A stretch of DNA of 54,768 nucleotides from Methanoregula sp. (GTDB lineage Archaea > Halobacteriota > Methanomicrobia > Methanomicrobiales > Methanospirillaceae), in the NCBI GenBank assembly GCA_039698055.1, contig JBDKTL010000014.1, positions 1 to 54,768 on the forward strand, given 5' to 3'. Positions 9,133 through 19,011 of this stretch are shown piece by piece. The notes below the pieces were generated by a model. It made no database searches, was not told the DNA's origin, and saw nothing but the letters and a program-made list of their open reading frames with translations. A program made the position numbers and the translations under genes. Position 1 is the first letter of the stretch; every line of letters begins with the position of its first letter.

Positions 9133-10713
9133 ATGGATGAGGAGCTGGCGTTCCGGGAGATCATCTCCCGCATCATTTCCCTCCCTCCCGGTGACGATGC
9201 GATTGTTGCGGTAAAAATTGACGTGTGCCGGAAATACCGCCTGTCGTCTGTACCGAAAAATTCCGCTATCCTTGCCGCTGCAACAAAGCAGGAGCACGAG
9301 GCACTGAGGAAGATCCTTTTAGTGAAACCGTCCCGGACACTTTCGGGTGTGGCGCCGGTTGCGGTAATGACTTCCCCTTATCCCTGCCCGCATGGCAAGT
9401 GTCTTCCCTGTCCGGGTGGGCCGGATCACCCGTTCCAATCCCCGCAGAGCTACACCGGTGAGGAACCTGCGGCAAAACGGGCCCGTGAACACAATTATGA
9501 CCCGTTCGCGCAGGTGCATGCCCGCCTGGAACAGTTTGAGATCCTTGGTCACCGGGTGGAGAAGGTGGAATTGATCGTGATGGGCGGTACGATGACGGCA
9601 CGCCCGGCTGAGTACCAGGACGAATTTGTCGCCCGGTGCATTGAGGCGATGAACCGATATCCTGACGGAAACCCTGCGGTGCCGGCCCCCCCGGTTGCAG
9701 CGGTTGAAGCGGAAAATGAAACCTCCGATGTCCGCTGCGTGGCGATCACGTTTGAGACCCGTCCTGACTGGAGCCGGCGGGAGCATATTATGCGGATGCT
9801 TGACCTTGGCGTGACCAAAGTGGAGCTTGGTGTCCAGCATGTGAACGATGAGATCCTGGCGTTCAACCGGAGGGGGTGCACCGTGGCAGATACCGTTGAA
9901 GCAAACCGGCTGCTGCGGGATGCGGGACTCAAAGTCGGTTTCCACATGATGCCCAATCTGCCGCACTCCACGATTGAGGCTGATAAGGAGATGTTTGAGA
10001 CGATCTTTTCCGATCCCCGGTTTAAGCCGGACTTTCTCAAGATCTACCCTACTCTTGTCACACCGGGATCTGAAATTGAAGATCTCTGGAAACGCGGGAA
10101 GTACATGCCCTATGATGAGGAGAGTCTCATCAGACTCATCGCATATGCGAAATCGCTGATCCCTGAATATACGCGGTTGTCACGGATCCAGCGGGACATC
10201 CCGGCAAAGCTGATCGTTGCGGGGTCCCGGCATTCAAATTTCCGCCAGCTTGCCCAGAACTGCCTGAAGGCGCAGGGCAAACACTGCCGGTGCATACGGT
10301 GCAGGGAAATCGGGCGACTGCCCTCTGTTGAGGAGTCGGATATTAGGGTGCGCATGTACGACTGCTGTGGAGGCACCGAGCACTTTATTTCGGCAGTATC
10401 CGGCGACTCGCTGATTGGATTTGCACGGCTCCGGTTCCCGTCATCGGTTTTCCGTGAGGAACTCAATGGCGCCGCTCTCTTGCGGGAACTTCATGTCTAC
10501 GGGAGTCTTGTCCCTGTAGGTATGGATGCTTTTGAAAAGGAGGAATGGCAGCACCGCAATTTCGGGAAGATCCTGCTCGCCCGTGCTGAAGAGATCACAA
10601 CCTCCGCGGGATACCAGCGTCTTGCCATCATGAGCGGTATTGGTGTACGGCCATATTACCGGCGACAAGGATATGAACGGAGAGGGCCGTATATGGTTAA
10701 GGAGATGTCATGA
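9133..10713 (+). CDS. elp3: tRNA uridine(34) acetyltransferase Elp3 (radical SAM + KAT)
   Basis: RTLSGVAPVA, CPHGKCLPCPG, QSYTGEEP, ETRPD, RELHVYG, QHR and SGIGVR.YY motifs. Confidence 0.96.
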   Translation: MDEELAFREIISRIISLPPGDDAIVAVKIDVCRKYRLSSVPKNSAILAAATKQEHEALRKILLVKPSRTLSGVAPVAVMTSPYPCPHGKCLPCPGGPDHPFQSPQSYTGEEPAAKRAREHNYDPFAQVHARLEQFEILGHRVEKVELIVMGGTMTARPAEYQDEFVARCIEAMNRYPDGNPAVPAPPVAAVEAENETSDVRCVAITFETRPDWSRREHIMRMLDLGVTKVELGVQHVNDEILAFNRRGCTVADTVEANRLLRDAGLKVGFHMMPNLPHSTIEADKEMFETIFSDPRFKPDFLKIYPTLVTPGSEIEDLWKRGKYMPYDEESLIRLIAYAKSLIPEYTRLSRIQRDIPAKLIVAGSRHSNFRQLAQNCLKAQGKHCRCIRCREIGRLPSVEESDIRVRMYDCCGGTEHFISAVSGDSLIGFARLRFPSSVFREELNGAALLRELHVYGSLVPVGMDAFEKEEWQHRNFGKILLARAEEITTSAGYQRLAIMSGIGVRPYYRRQGYERRGPYMVKEMS

Positions 10714-11840
10714 ACCCGGCAACGATGGAATTTTTGCGGCAGCGGTTCACGGAATACTACAAAAAGGCGGTCCTTGTTTCCCCCGGTTCACTAAAACAGA
10801 GGGAATGGGGTTTTGTCCTGTTCACCTCAGGATCTGCTGAGATGCGGATGCGCCGGCATATTGGTTTTTCCGGACAACAGGAACTTGCGGAGTATATCAA
10901 AAATCTCATTCCTTCCCATGTCTATTATTCAAGCGCGTATTACGAAAAACCGGATGCAGCAACGATGGGAGAGAAGGGGTGGTGCGGGGCGGACCTGATC
11001 TTCGATCTTGACGCCGACCATATCATAAAAGGCCCGTATGACCAGATGCTTGCCCGGGTTAAAGAGGAGACGGAAAAACTCATTGTCATGCTCACAGAAG
11101 AACTGGGAATGGACCCAAAACAGATGGACCTTGTCTTTTCCGGGGGGAGGGGGTATCATATCCATGTTAAAGACCTCGCGTTTCGTGGATGGGGAAGCCA
11201 GGAACGCCGGGAAGTAGTCAATTATGTCTGCGGGATCGGGATCGATCCAAAAATCCTCTTATCGGGTTCCGGCAGGATTCAGCCCGGCTGGAAACAGCGG
11301 TATACCAAAGCGCTTACGGACTACCTGAACTGGGTGGGCAGCCTGAGTACGGAAGATGCCATGGCGCACCTGACTTCGCTTGAAGGAGTAGGAAAAGATT
11401 CGGCAGCAACATTCCTGCAAAAACGCGGGGAACTGGTTGCCGAACTTGAGAAGAACCCGGCAAGCGTGAACCTGAAAAACCGGGTGTTGAGTGCTGTCAC
11501 GCAACAGGTCGAAGGAGAGTTTAAGATCCGGCTGAACGCCACCGCCGCTCTTGCCGATGAACCGGTCACCACGGATATCAAACGCCTGATCCGGATGCCA
11601 ACGTCCCTTCATGGGGGAAGCGGGATGCGGGTGCAGCCGCTGGAACTGCGGAACCTGCATGATTTTGATCCTCTCGTTGATGCAGTGGTTTTTGCAACGC
11701 GGGATGTGAAGGTGGACTGCCGGTTCCCTCTTGCCATGCCGATGCTTGGAAGTACTTATCAACTCCAAAAAGGGATCTCTACTGTACCTGAAGCCGTGGC
11801 GGTTTTCCTCTGCTGTCGCCGTATCGCGGAGATCGCATAA
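10710..11840 (+). CDS. priS: DNA primase small (catalytic) subunit
   Basis: REWGF, LIFDLDADH, FSGGRGYHIH and DEPVTTDIKRLIR.P.SLHG motifs. Confidence 0.96.
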   Translation: MNPATMEFLRQRFTEYYKKAVLVSPGSLKQREWGFVLFTSGSAEMRMRRHIGFSGQQELAEYIKNLIPSHVYYSSAYYEKPDAATMGEKGWCGADLIFDLDADHIIKGPYDQMLARVKEETEKLIVMLTEELGMDPKQMDLVFSGGRGYHIHVKDLAFRGWGSQERREVVNYVCGIGIDPKILLSGSGRIQPGWKQRYTKALTDYLNWVGSLSTEDAMAHLTSLEGVGKDSAATFLQKRGELVAELEKNPASVNLKNRVLSAVTQQVEGEFKIRLNATAALADEPVTTDIKRLIRMPTSLHGGSGMRVQPLELRNLHDFDPLVDAVVFATRDVKVDCRFPLAMPMLGSTYQLQKGISTVPEAVAVFLCCRRIAEIA

Positions 11841-11853
11841 CGGAGCATTTCAC

Positions 11854-12525
11854 ATGGGGCTTGATGACCTGCGCAATATCCTGCTCTCGGAACGGGAGAC
11901 CGGAAAACTCGTTTCCATAGCCCCGGATATTTTTGATCTCACCCACGCGGAGATAGCGGCGCTTCTTGTAAAAATCTACGCAATAGAAGACCCGCTTTCT
12001 GAAGAGGCACGGGCTCTTATTGAAGAGACCATGGCAGTCAGAGCGACGATGCAGGATCTCTTCAGTATCCGCTCGCGCAAGATCCTCGCCCTCACGATCA
12101 TGCATGCGGAGGGAAATTATTACGATCGCGAGGAAGTAAAACGGATGATTCCCGCCGAACACGAGATGTTCGACCGGATCACCGCTGCGATCGAAGCGTG
12201 CCAGGAAGTGCTTCTCAACAATGCCCGCACGGCCATTATTCCTGCCACAGCGGTGGGCGTACCGGAAGGCAACGATGCTGTTCTTGAAGAGGAGCCGGAT
12301 GGCGGGGAAGAATTACCGGAATCCGCATCCGCGCCTTTGGCATCCCCTCCCTCGCTGTCCCCCCCGTATATGCTGGTGCGGGTGCTTGAGGACATGGAAT
12401 CTTTTATGGGTGTGGATGGGAGGATTTATACTCTCTTAAAGGGAGATATAGTGACACTTCCTGAACGGAATGCAGCGGTGTTAAATGACCGCAACATAGT
12501 CTTAAATATGAACCTTTGCAAATAA
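11854..12525 (+). CDS. GINS complex subunit (Gins51/Gins15-like)
   Basis: Helical A domain (L..ER..GKL..I..DIF, R.RKI), acidic/Pro linker and B domain (VRVLED..SFMGVDGR.Y.L.KGDIVTLP.RNA); conserved position between priS and rpl44e. Confidence 0.82.
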   Translation: MGLDDLRNILLSERETGKLVSIAPDIFDLTHAEIAALLVKIYAIEDPLSEEARALIEETMAVRATMQDLFSIRSRKILALTIMHAEGNYYDREEVKRMIPAEHEMFDRITAAIEACQEVLLNNARTAIIPATAVGVPEGNDAVLEEEPDGGEELPESASAPLASPPSLSPPYMLVRVLEDMESFMGVDGRIYTLLKGDIVTLPERNAAVLNDRNIVLNMNLCK

Positions 12526-12561
12526 TAATGGGATTCGACATTAAAAATCGGTGAAAATATC

Positions 12562-12840
12562 ATGAAAATGCCAGCGAAATTCAACACATATTGCCCTTAC
12601 TGCAGAACTCATCAGATCCATGAGGTTGAGAAGGTCAAAAAGAGCAAGACCACCGGCCTTCACTGGATTGACCGCCAGAAAGCACGCCGTGGAAAAGTTG
12701 GGAACATGGGTAAGTTCTCGAAAGTGCCCGGTGGCGACAAGCCAACAAAGAAGATCAATGTCCGGTATCGCTGTGTCACCTGTGGAAAGGCACACCTGCG
12801 CAAAGGATACAGGGTTGCTAAGTTTGAGTTGACGGAGTGA
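12562..12840 (+). CDS. rpl44e: 50S ribosomal protein L44e
   Basis: TYCPYC..H..HEV, KPTKK and RCVTCGK motifs. Confidence 0.96.
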   Translation: MKMPAKFNTYCPYCRTHQIHEVEKVKKSKTTGLHWIDRQKARRGKVGNMGKFSKVPGGDKPTKKINVRYRCVTCGKAHLRKGYRVAKFELTE

Positions 12841-12845
12841 GCAGG

Positions 12846-13034
12846 ATGGTACGTGAAGTCAGAGAGAACCGGAGCAGTTTTTACAAGGTTAAATGCCCGG
12901 ACTGCGATAACGAACAGATGATCTTTTCCAAGGCCAGCACCACGGTCAAATGCATTGTCTGTGGCCGCGAACTTGCGGTTCCGACCGGCGGGAAGGCAAC
13001 TTTCAAGGCTGAGATCATCTCAGAGTCCAAGTGA
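12846..13034 (+). CDS. rps27e: 30S ribosomal protein S27e
   Basis: VKCPDC.NEQ.IF and C.VCG..L..PTGGKA motifs; alternative GTG start at 12837. Confidence 0.95.
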   Translation: MVREVRENRSSFYKVKCPDCDNEQMIFSKASTTVKCIVCGRELAVPTGGKATFKAEIISESK

Positions 13035-13831
13035 GTTATCCCATGCTGGACAGAGAATGGCCCCAGGAATCAGAACTCGTCGTCTGCACCGTTGAGAATG
13101 TCAAGGATTTCGTAGCGTTTGTTTCGCTGGACGAGTATAACGGACGACAGGGGCTCATCCCCATCTCTGAAATTGCTACCGGCTGGATCAAATATATCCG
13201 TGACCACATCCGTGAAGGCCAGAAAATTGTCTGCAAGGTCCTTAATGTCGACCGGAACCGTGGCCACATAGATCTTTCCTTAAAGGATGTCAACGAGCAC
13301 CAGCGCCGGGAAAAGATCCGTGAATGGAAAAACGAGAGCAAGTCCCGCAAATGGATCGGGTTTGTGGCGGAGACTGCCGGAGAACCTGCTGCCGGTATCG
13401 AGGATGTCATCTTTGAAAAATACGGTGCGCTCTTTCCTGTTTTTGAGGATATTGTTGTCGATGGCGATGCAACCATCAAGAAACTCGGGCTCTCCAAAAA
13501 GGCAAGCGACGCTCTCGTGCATATTGCCCATGAGAACGTAAAGCCCCCGAAAGTGGAAGTAACCGGTGTATTGACCCTCACCTCCAACGAACCTGATGGC
13601 ATTTCCGTGATCAAAAAGGCGCTTAAAAGTGCAGAGCCAAAGATTGCCGGTGTGGAAATCGAACTCCTCTATCTTGGCGCGCCGTCGTACCGGATTAAGG
13701 TGACAGCACCCGATTACAAGAAAGCGGAAAAAGCACTGGAAAAAGCAGCAAATGCCGCGATAACTGTGGTCGAAAAATCGGGTGGCGAAGGAAAACTCAT
13801 AAAAAAACCCAAGTCCGGGAAGAGTCAATGA
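13031..13831 (+). CDS. eif2a: Translation initiation factor 2 alpha subunit (aIF2-alpha)
   Basis: S1 domain with ISEIATGWIKYIRD and GHIDLSLK; GAPSYRI; alternative ATG at 13043. Confidence 0.96.
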   Translation: MSYPMLDREWPQESELVVCTVENVKDFVAFVSLDEYNGRQGLIPISEIATGWIKYIRDHIREGQKIVCKVLNVDRNRGHIDLSLKDVNEHQRREKIREWKNESKSRKWIGFVAETAGEPAAGIEDVIFEKYGALFPVFEDIVVDGDATIKKLGLSKKASDALVHIAHENVKPPKVEVTGVLTLTSNEPDGISVIKKALKSAEPKIAGVEIELLYLGAPSYRIKVTAPDYKKAEKALEKAANAAITVVEKSGGEGKLIKKPKSGKSQ

Positions 13832-13977
13832 GTGGCCGCATCCGTCGCTGCACTGCAGATAATATCTATACCCTTTCTTTCATTTGTCCCATCTGTGGCA
13901 AACCTACCGACAATGCCCATCCCGCCCGTTTTTCCGTTCAGGACCGTTTTGGGAAGTACCGGAGAATGGCGAAATGA
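13828..13977 (+). CDS. nop10: H/ACA RNP protein Nop10
   Basis: Manual translation MSGRIRRCTADNIYTLSFICPICGKPTDNAHPARFSVQDRFGKYRRMAK; canonical position after aIF2-alpha; not in the ORF track. Confidence 0.93.
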   Translation: MSGRIRRCTADNIYTLSFICPICGKPTDNAHPARFSVQDRFGKYRRMAK

Positions 13978-14732
13978 TCGATGATATCAGCATCCAGTAC
14001 AGTGAGAATTTTGATAAGACCACGCTTGCAGATCCCATCCTGATTGAAGGACTTCCCGGCATCGGGCAGGTGGGAAAACTGGTTGCCGAATATATGATCC
14101 ACATGCTTGGTGCAGAAAAAATCGGCGAGATCCATTCGATTTATCTCCCGCCGCAGGTACTCCTTGAAGAAAATGGCATTGCACGGTTGCCGCGCAATGA
14201 GCTGTACCTGTACCGGACCGGGCAGCGGCACATCGTGTTCCTCGTGGGCGACTTTCAGAGTGCATCAAGTGAAGGCCACTATATCCTGTCGGATGCCTAT
14301 CTCGATATTGCGTCAGAACTTGGGGTGAAACGAATTTACACCCTTGGCGGGTTCGGTGTCGGACGACTTGTTAATGAACCACGCGTTCTTGGGGCGGTGA
14401 ACAGTGAAGCGCTCCGCCCGGAGATCGAGGCTGCAGGTGTCTCGTTCGAGCGCGACGAGCCGGGTGGCGGGATCATCGGCGCTGCCGGACTCCTGTTGGG
14501 TCTGGGCAGGTTGCGCGGGATCGATGCCGTCTGCCTTATGGGTGAAACCAGCGGGTATATCGTCGATCCCATGAGTGCCGCAAATGTGCTCGCGCTTCTT
14601 TCAAAAATGATCTCGGTTCCTGTCGATCCCACCCAGCTCAATGCGAGGGCTGCTGAAATGGAGCGGATGGTCGAAGGATTAATTGAGAGCGAGAAAATGC
14701 AGCGGGAAGAAGAGCTCAGGTATATTGGATAA
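13974..14732 (+). CDS. PAC2 family proteasome assembly chaperone-like protein (TIGR00162 type)
   Basis: LIEGLPGIGQVGKL, IYTLGG and CLMGETSGY..DP motifs; ends YIG; follows nop10. Confidence 0.92.
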   Translation: MIDDISIQYSENFDKTTLADPILIEGLPGIGQVGKLVAEYMIHMLGAEKIGEIHSIYLPPQVLLEENGIARLPRNELYLYRTGQRHIVFLVGDFQSASSEGHYILSDAYLDIASELGVKRIYTLGGFGVGRLVNEPRVLGAVNSEALRPEIEAAGVSFERDEPGGGIIGAAGLLLGLGRLRGIDAVCLMGETSGYIVDPMSAANVLALLSKMISVPVDPTQLNARAAEMERMVEGLIESEKMQREEELRYIG

Positions 14733-14882
14733 TTATTACCATAACCTTTTTGATAAGCTGATCGGGGGGATACCGGCGATCGCTCTCTTTTGTCATTACT
14801 CCTGCGATGGGAAAAAAATAAAATGAATCCGCTTATTTACTAGTGTATACTATTCAGAATATACAATTAAGGATGAGTACTG

Positions 14883-16271
14883 ATGATCACCGTGCTTGTC
14901 ATTGATGACGACCTAGCGCTGCTGAACGTGATCCAGCTGGTGCTGGAGCGATCAAAAGAGATGGCCATCCAGCCGGTACGATCGTCAAAGGAAGCACTGG
15001 AGCTCCTGAAAATAAAAACATTCGATGCGATTGTTGCTGATTATGATCTGCCGGAAATCAACGGGATCGCATTTTTAAAAATTATCCGGGGAAGAGGGGA
15101 CGTGACCCCGGTGATTATATTTACCGGCGTTGGCAGGGAACATGCGGCGATCGAAGCATTAAACAATGGTGCTACATTCTTTTTAAAAAAGGGTGAGGAC
15201 GCCAAAACACAGTTCCTTGAGCTTCAGCGGATGATCCTTCATGCTGTTGACCAGCGGGTTTTAGGAAAACCTCTTGGCACAAACCGAAAAATCCTCGTTG
15301 ACATGATCAATTTTTCTCTTGATGCGATCTTTGCCCTCGACCGGGATGGCAGGGTAATCGCATGGAACAGCGAGATGGAGCACCTGACCGGTGTTCATGC
15401 TGGTGAAATTATCGGCGCTGGGGATTATGCATATTCTGAGTGTTTCTTTGGAAAACGCCAGAAAATGCTCGTGAATCTGGTATTTGAAACAGAATCCGAG
15501 ATCCGAAAGCAGGAATACATGGTGATCAGCAGGGAAAAAGACGGGCCGGTCATCGCGGTCACCCGTGCAAAACAAGCCGGGGGGAAGGAATGGACGCTCT
15601 GGATGAAAGCGCTTCCACTCTTTGATAATCACGGGGATTTCATTGCGGTCGTTGGTATCATCCGCGATGTGACCGCCACCTTTAAAGATGTCACCTACCA
15701 GGAAACGGTTCCAGACCTGGACCGCAGTTTAAACCTGCAGGAAGTAAAAGACTCCCCCGCACACACGACAGGGATTATCGACCGGCTGCTTGGGAAAGCT
15801 ACTGCCCACTACAAGCGCGGCGTGCACCTGTACATCGTCGAACGGGATTATCGCGGCGCGATCGCCGCCTTTGATGAGGCGCTGGCAATTGATGATACCC
15901 TTGCCTATGTCTGGAATGACCGGGGCGTATGCTTCCGTATAACCGGCAACTATGATGAAGCACTAAAATCCATGCTCCGCGCCATCGAGCTTGCACCGGA
16001 TAATACAGAAATTCTCAATGATTTGGGCGAAACCCTTGAACAGATGGGTATCATCCATATGGATAACAAATATCTCGAAGCTGCAATCCAGACGTTCAAG
16101 ATGGTGGCAAATTCCCTGCCCAACAACATGGACGCATGGAACCATATCGGGGTTTGTCTCAAAGAGATGGGAAAGGCAGAAGAGTCAAGATTTTATTTTG
16201 ACCGGGCACGGGATATCAATCTCTGGAAAAAAGATACCCCCATACAGCGCAAGCGTCAGGAATTTCTTTGA
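14883..16271 (+). CDS. Response regulator, REC-PAS-TPR architecture
   Basis: REC (VIDDD, ADY, FT, LKK), PAS (AIFALDRDGRVIAWN), C-terminal TPR repeats (VWNDRG, ILNDLG, AWNHIG). Confidence 0.88.
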   Translation: MITVLVIDDDLALLNVIQLVLERSKEMAIQPVRSSKEALELLKIKTFDAIVADYDLPEINGIAFLKIIRGRGDVTPVIIFTGVGREHAAIEALNNGATFFLKKGEDAKTQFLELQRMILHAVDQRVLGKPLGTNRKILVDMINFSLDAIFALDRDGRVIAWNSEMEHLTGVHAGEIIGAGDYAYSECFFGKRQKMLVNLVFETESEIRKQEYMVISREKDGPVIAVTRAKQAGGKEWTLWMKALPLFDNHGDFIAVVGIIRDVTATFKDVTYQETVPDLDRSLNLQEVKDSPAHTTGIIDRLLGKATAHYKRGVHLYIVERDYRGAIAAFDEALAIDDTLAYVWNDRGVCFRITGNYDEALKSMLRAIELAPDNTEILNDLGETLEQMGIIHMDNKYLEAAIQTFKMVANSLPNNMDAWNHIGVCLKEMGKAEESRFYFDRARDINLWKKDTPIQRKRQEFL

Positions 16272-16456
16272 TCTTCATATTTTGTTGTCTGATCTTGTCA
16301 GAGCGTGAGCTGCCTGTATTGTTGTGGCGTCAGAAACGCATACATATCACAATGGCAGAAAAGTTATACCGGATAATCCATCACTATCAACCGGATAACC
16401 GACCGGATTTAGGATAGACATACGGTTGTTCTGGTTTTTTAAAACACGTGATTTTC

Positions 16457-17605
16457 ATGCTTGCAAACGCGGATCTTCATATCCATTCACCGTTCTCAAT
16501 CGCCGTGTCCCGTAATATGCGGCCAGACACACTTCTTGCCGCCTGCGCCACAAAAGGTCTTCAGGTACTTGGCAGCGGCGACGCCCTCCAGCCTGCATGG
16601 AGTAAAAGCTGGGAACCGTTTCTGGAAAATGATGCAGGTGTGGTGATTGTCCCGACCGGGGAAGTAGAGGATAAAAGAAGGGTTCACCACCTGATCCTTG
16701 CCGGGGATTTTGCCCAGTTTGATGCCTTAAGAGAACTCCTGGTCCCCTATAGCCGCTCAATACGAACAAACGGGCGCCCGCATGTCATGCTTTCGGGGGA
16801 AGAGATAGCCGTAATGGCGCATGAAGTGGGTGCGATGATTGGTCCGGCGCATGCATTTACCCCATGGACGGCGATGTACGCCTACCATGCATCGGTTGGG
16901 GACTGTTATGGCAGTGAACCCATCGACTTTCTGGAACTGGGACTCTCCGCCGACAGCTCTTATGGGGCTGGTATCCGCGAGCTACATGGAGTCCCGTTTC
17001 TCTCCAACTCCGATGCGCACAGTCCCCAGCCGGAGAAACTTGGCCGTGAGTTCAACCAGATCCGGCTTGAACATGTCACGGTTCGCGGGGTGCTTGACAG
17101 CATCAGGAACGGTTCAATCACGATGAACGCGGGTTTTTTTCCCGAAGAGGGGAAGTATAACCGTACGGCATGTGTCCGCTGTTTTACCCAGTATTCCCTT
17201 GAGCAGGCAACCCGGCATGCATGGCGGTGCCCTGCGGATGGGGGTATCATTAAAATGGGCGTTTTTGACCGGGCAAAGGAACTTTCAACCGGTGCACCAC
17301 AACCCCGCCCGCCGTATCTTCATATTGTCCCGCTCGGGCAGATCATCCAGACTGTGGAAGGTGTTTCGTCTCCCTGCACGAAAAAATGCAAGCGGGTGTA
17401 CGATTCGCTTATTGCAACCTTTGGGAACGAAATCGATGTACTTATTCATGTTCCCATTCATGAGATCCGTGCCGTGCATTCCGGAGTCGCAGATGCCCTT
17501 GATGCGCTACGGTCGAACCGTGTCATTCTCCATCCCGGCGGCGGTGGAAAATTTGGCACGTTCTCCTATTTGAGAAACAAGGGTGTGGAAGGTCAACCGG
17601 AATAA
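16457..17605 (+). CDS. PHP-domain nuclease, endonuclease Q / TIGR00375 family
   Basis: ADLHIHS.FS, PAHAFTPW, ELGLSAD, SNSDAHS, KLGREF, GKY.RTAC..C and PGGGGKFG motifs. Confidence 0.9.
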   Translation: MLANADLHIHSPFSIAVSRNMRPDTLLAACATKGLQVLGSGDALQPAWSKSWEPFLENDAGVVIVPTGEVEDKRRVHHLILAGDFAQFDALRELLVPYSRSIRTNGRPHVMLSGEEIAVMAHEVGAMIGPAHAFTPWTAMYAYHASVGDCYGSEPIDFLELGLSADSSYGAGIRELHGVPFLSNSDAHSPQPEKLGREFNQIRLEHVTVRGVLDSIRNGSITMNAGFFPEEGKYNRTACVRCFTQYSLEQATRHAWRCPADGGIIKMGVFDRAKELSTGAPQPRPPYLHIVPLGQIIQTVEGVSSPCTKKCKRVYDSLIATFGNEIDVLIHVPIHEIRAVHSGVADALDALRSNRVILHPGGGGKFGTFSYLRNKGVEGQPE

Positions 17606-17648
17606 TACGTAAAGATTAAAGCAACATCTCATCCAACATATTCACTCA

Positions 17649-17825
17649 ATGCTCAACGTACACCGGGATATTTGTGGATATTGCGGATGCTGTGTGTCAG
17701 TCTGCCCTGAAGGTGCCCTTGAACTGATCGACGCGTATCTTTCCGTTGAAAAGAACTGTACGAGCTGCGGTATCTGCGCCAAAGTCTGCCCGCTTGGCGC
17801 ACTGGAGGTCGTGCATGGAAAATAA
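17649..17825 (+). CDS. 2x[4Fe-4S] ferredoxin (probable electron donor to GGR)
   Basis: Manual translation [58 protein letters not shown] has two CxxCxxCxxxCP motifs; overlaps the GGR start; not in the ORF track. Confidence 0.93.
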   Translation: MLNVHRDICGYCGCCVSVCPEGALELIDAYLSVEKNCTSCGICAKVCPLGALEVVHGK

Positions 17826-19011
17826 GTATGATGTTCTTGTCATCGGCGGCGGCCCGGCAGGGGCGATTGCTGCGCGGACAGCAGTAGAAAAAGGACTTAC
17901 TGTCTGTCTTGTTGAGAAACGATCGGCAATTGGAGCTCCTGTCCGCTGTGCGGAAGGAATTGGCAAAGAAGCCCTTGCTGAATTCATCGAGCCTGATCCC
18001 TGCTGGATATCCGCAGAGATGACCGGTGCCGGGATTGTCGCCCCGGACGGATTTGAGATGACCCTGGCGTCTTCGATGGCAGGCTCAAAAGTGGGATATA
18101 TCCTCGACCGGAAAGTCTTTGACCGGGAACTGGTCTGGCAGGCGGCAGAAGCCGGGGCAGACGTTTTTGTGAAATCCCGGGCGTCTGCACCTGTTATGGA
18201 AAACGGTGCTGTAACGGGAGCAAAGATTGAATCGTGCGGACAAGTCAGCCACGTAAAAGCAGATGTTGTGATTGCCGCTGATGGTGTCGAATCCAAATTT
18301 TCCCGCTGGTGTGGTATCGATACAACCGTTCCGATCCGGGAGATCATGAGCTCGGTGCAGTACGTGATGACCGATATCGATATCGATCCCCATGCAACCA
18401 TCTTCTATCTCGGTAACGATGTTGCACCGGAAGGATACCTCTGGGTATTCCCGAAAGGCGAACGGGCCGCAAATGTCGGGATTGGGATATCCGGGAAAAA
18501 GAGCGGGGAAGGGCACCGGGCAAAGGACTATCTTGAACGGTTCGTGAAAAAGACGTTCCCTCGCGGAAAGACCATTGAATATATTGTTGGTGGCGTATCG
18601 GTCTGTCGCCCCCTTGACTGTACGGTTGCCAATGGACTAATTATCGTCGGGGATGCTGCCCGTGTCGTCGATCCGCTCACGGGCGGGGGCATCTACAATG
18701 GCATGTATACCGGAAAACTTGCGGCCGAGGTTGCCGCAGATTGTATCTCCAAGGGCGATACATCCAAAAAAGCGCTGATGCCGTATGATAAAACATGGCG
18801 TGCATCCTCCATGGGAAAAGCGATCGAGCGCAATTATCATATCAAGGAATATCTCATCAAACAGCCTGATGAAAAACTTAATGCGATCATTCATTCCGTT
18901 TCAAAACTCAACCTGACAGAATTCTCCACCCTGTCCCTGATTAAGGAACTGATCCGGGTTAATCCAAAACTTCTGGTGGAGCTTGGGGCGCTTGCCGCCT
19001 CACTCCGCTGA
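17815..19011 (+). CDS. Digeranylgeranylglycerophospholipid (geranylgeranyl) reductase
   Basis: [31 protein letters not shown] and GDAA...DPLTGGGI motifs; ATG at 17815. Confidence 0.93.
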   Translation: MENKYDVLVIGGGPAGAIAARTAVEKGLTVCLVEKRSAIGAPVRCAEGIGKEALAEFIEPDPCWISAEMTGAGIVAPDGFEMTLASSMAGSKVGYILDRKVFDRELVWQAAEAGADVFVKSRASAPVMENGAVTGAKIESCGQVSHVKADVVIAADGVESKFSRWCGIDTTVPIREIMSSVQYVMTDIDIDPHATIFYLGNDVAPEGYLWVFPKGERAANVGIGISGKKSGEGHRAKDYLERFVKKTFPRGKTIEYIVGGVSVCRPLDCTVANGLIIVGDAARVVDPLTGGGIYNGMYTGKLAAEVAADCISKGDTSKKALMPYDKTWRASSMGKAIERNYHIKEYLIKQPDEKLNAIIHSVSKLNLTEFSTLSLIKELIRVNPKLLVELGALAASLR

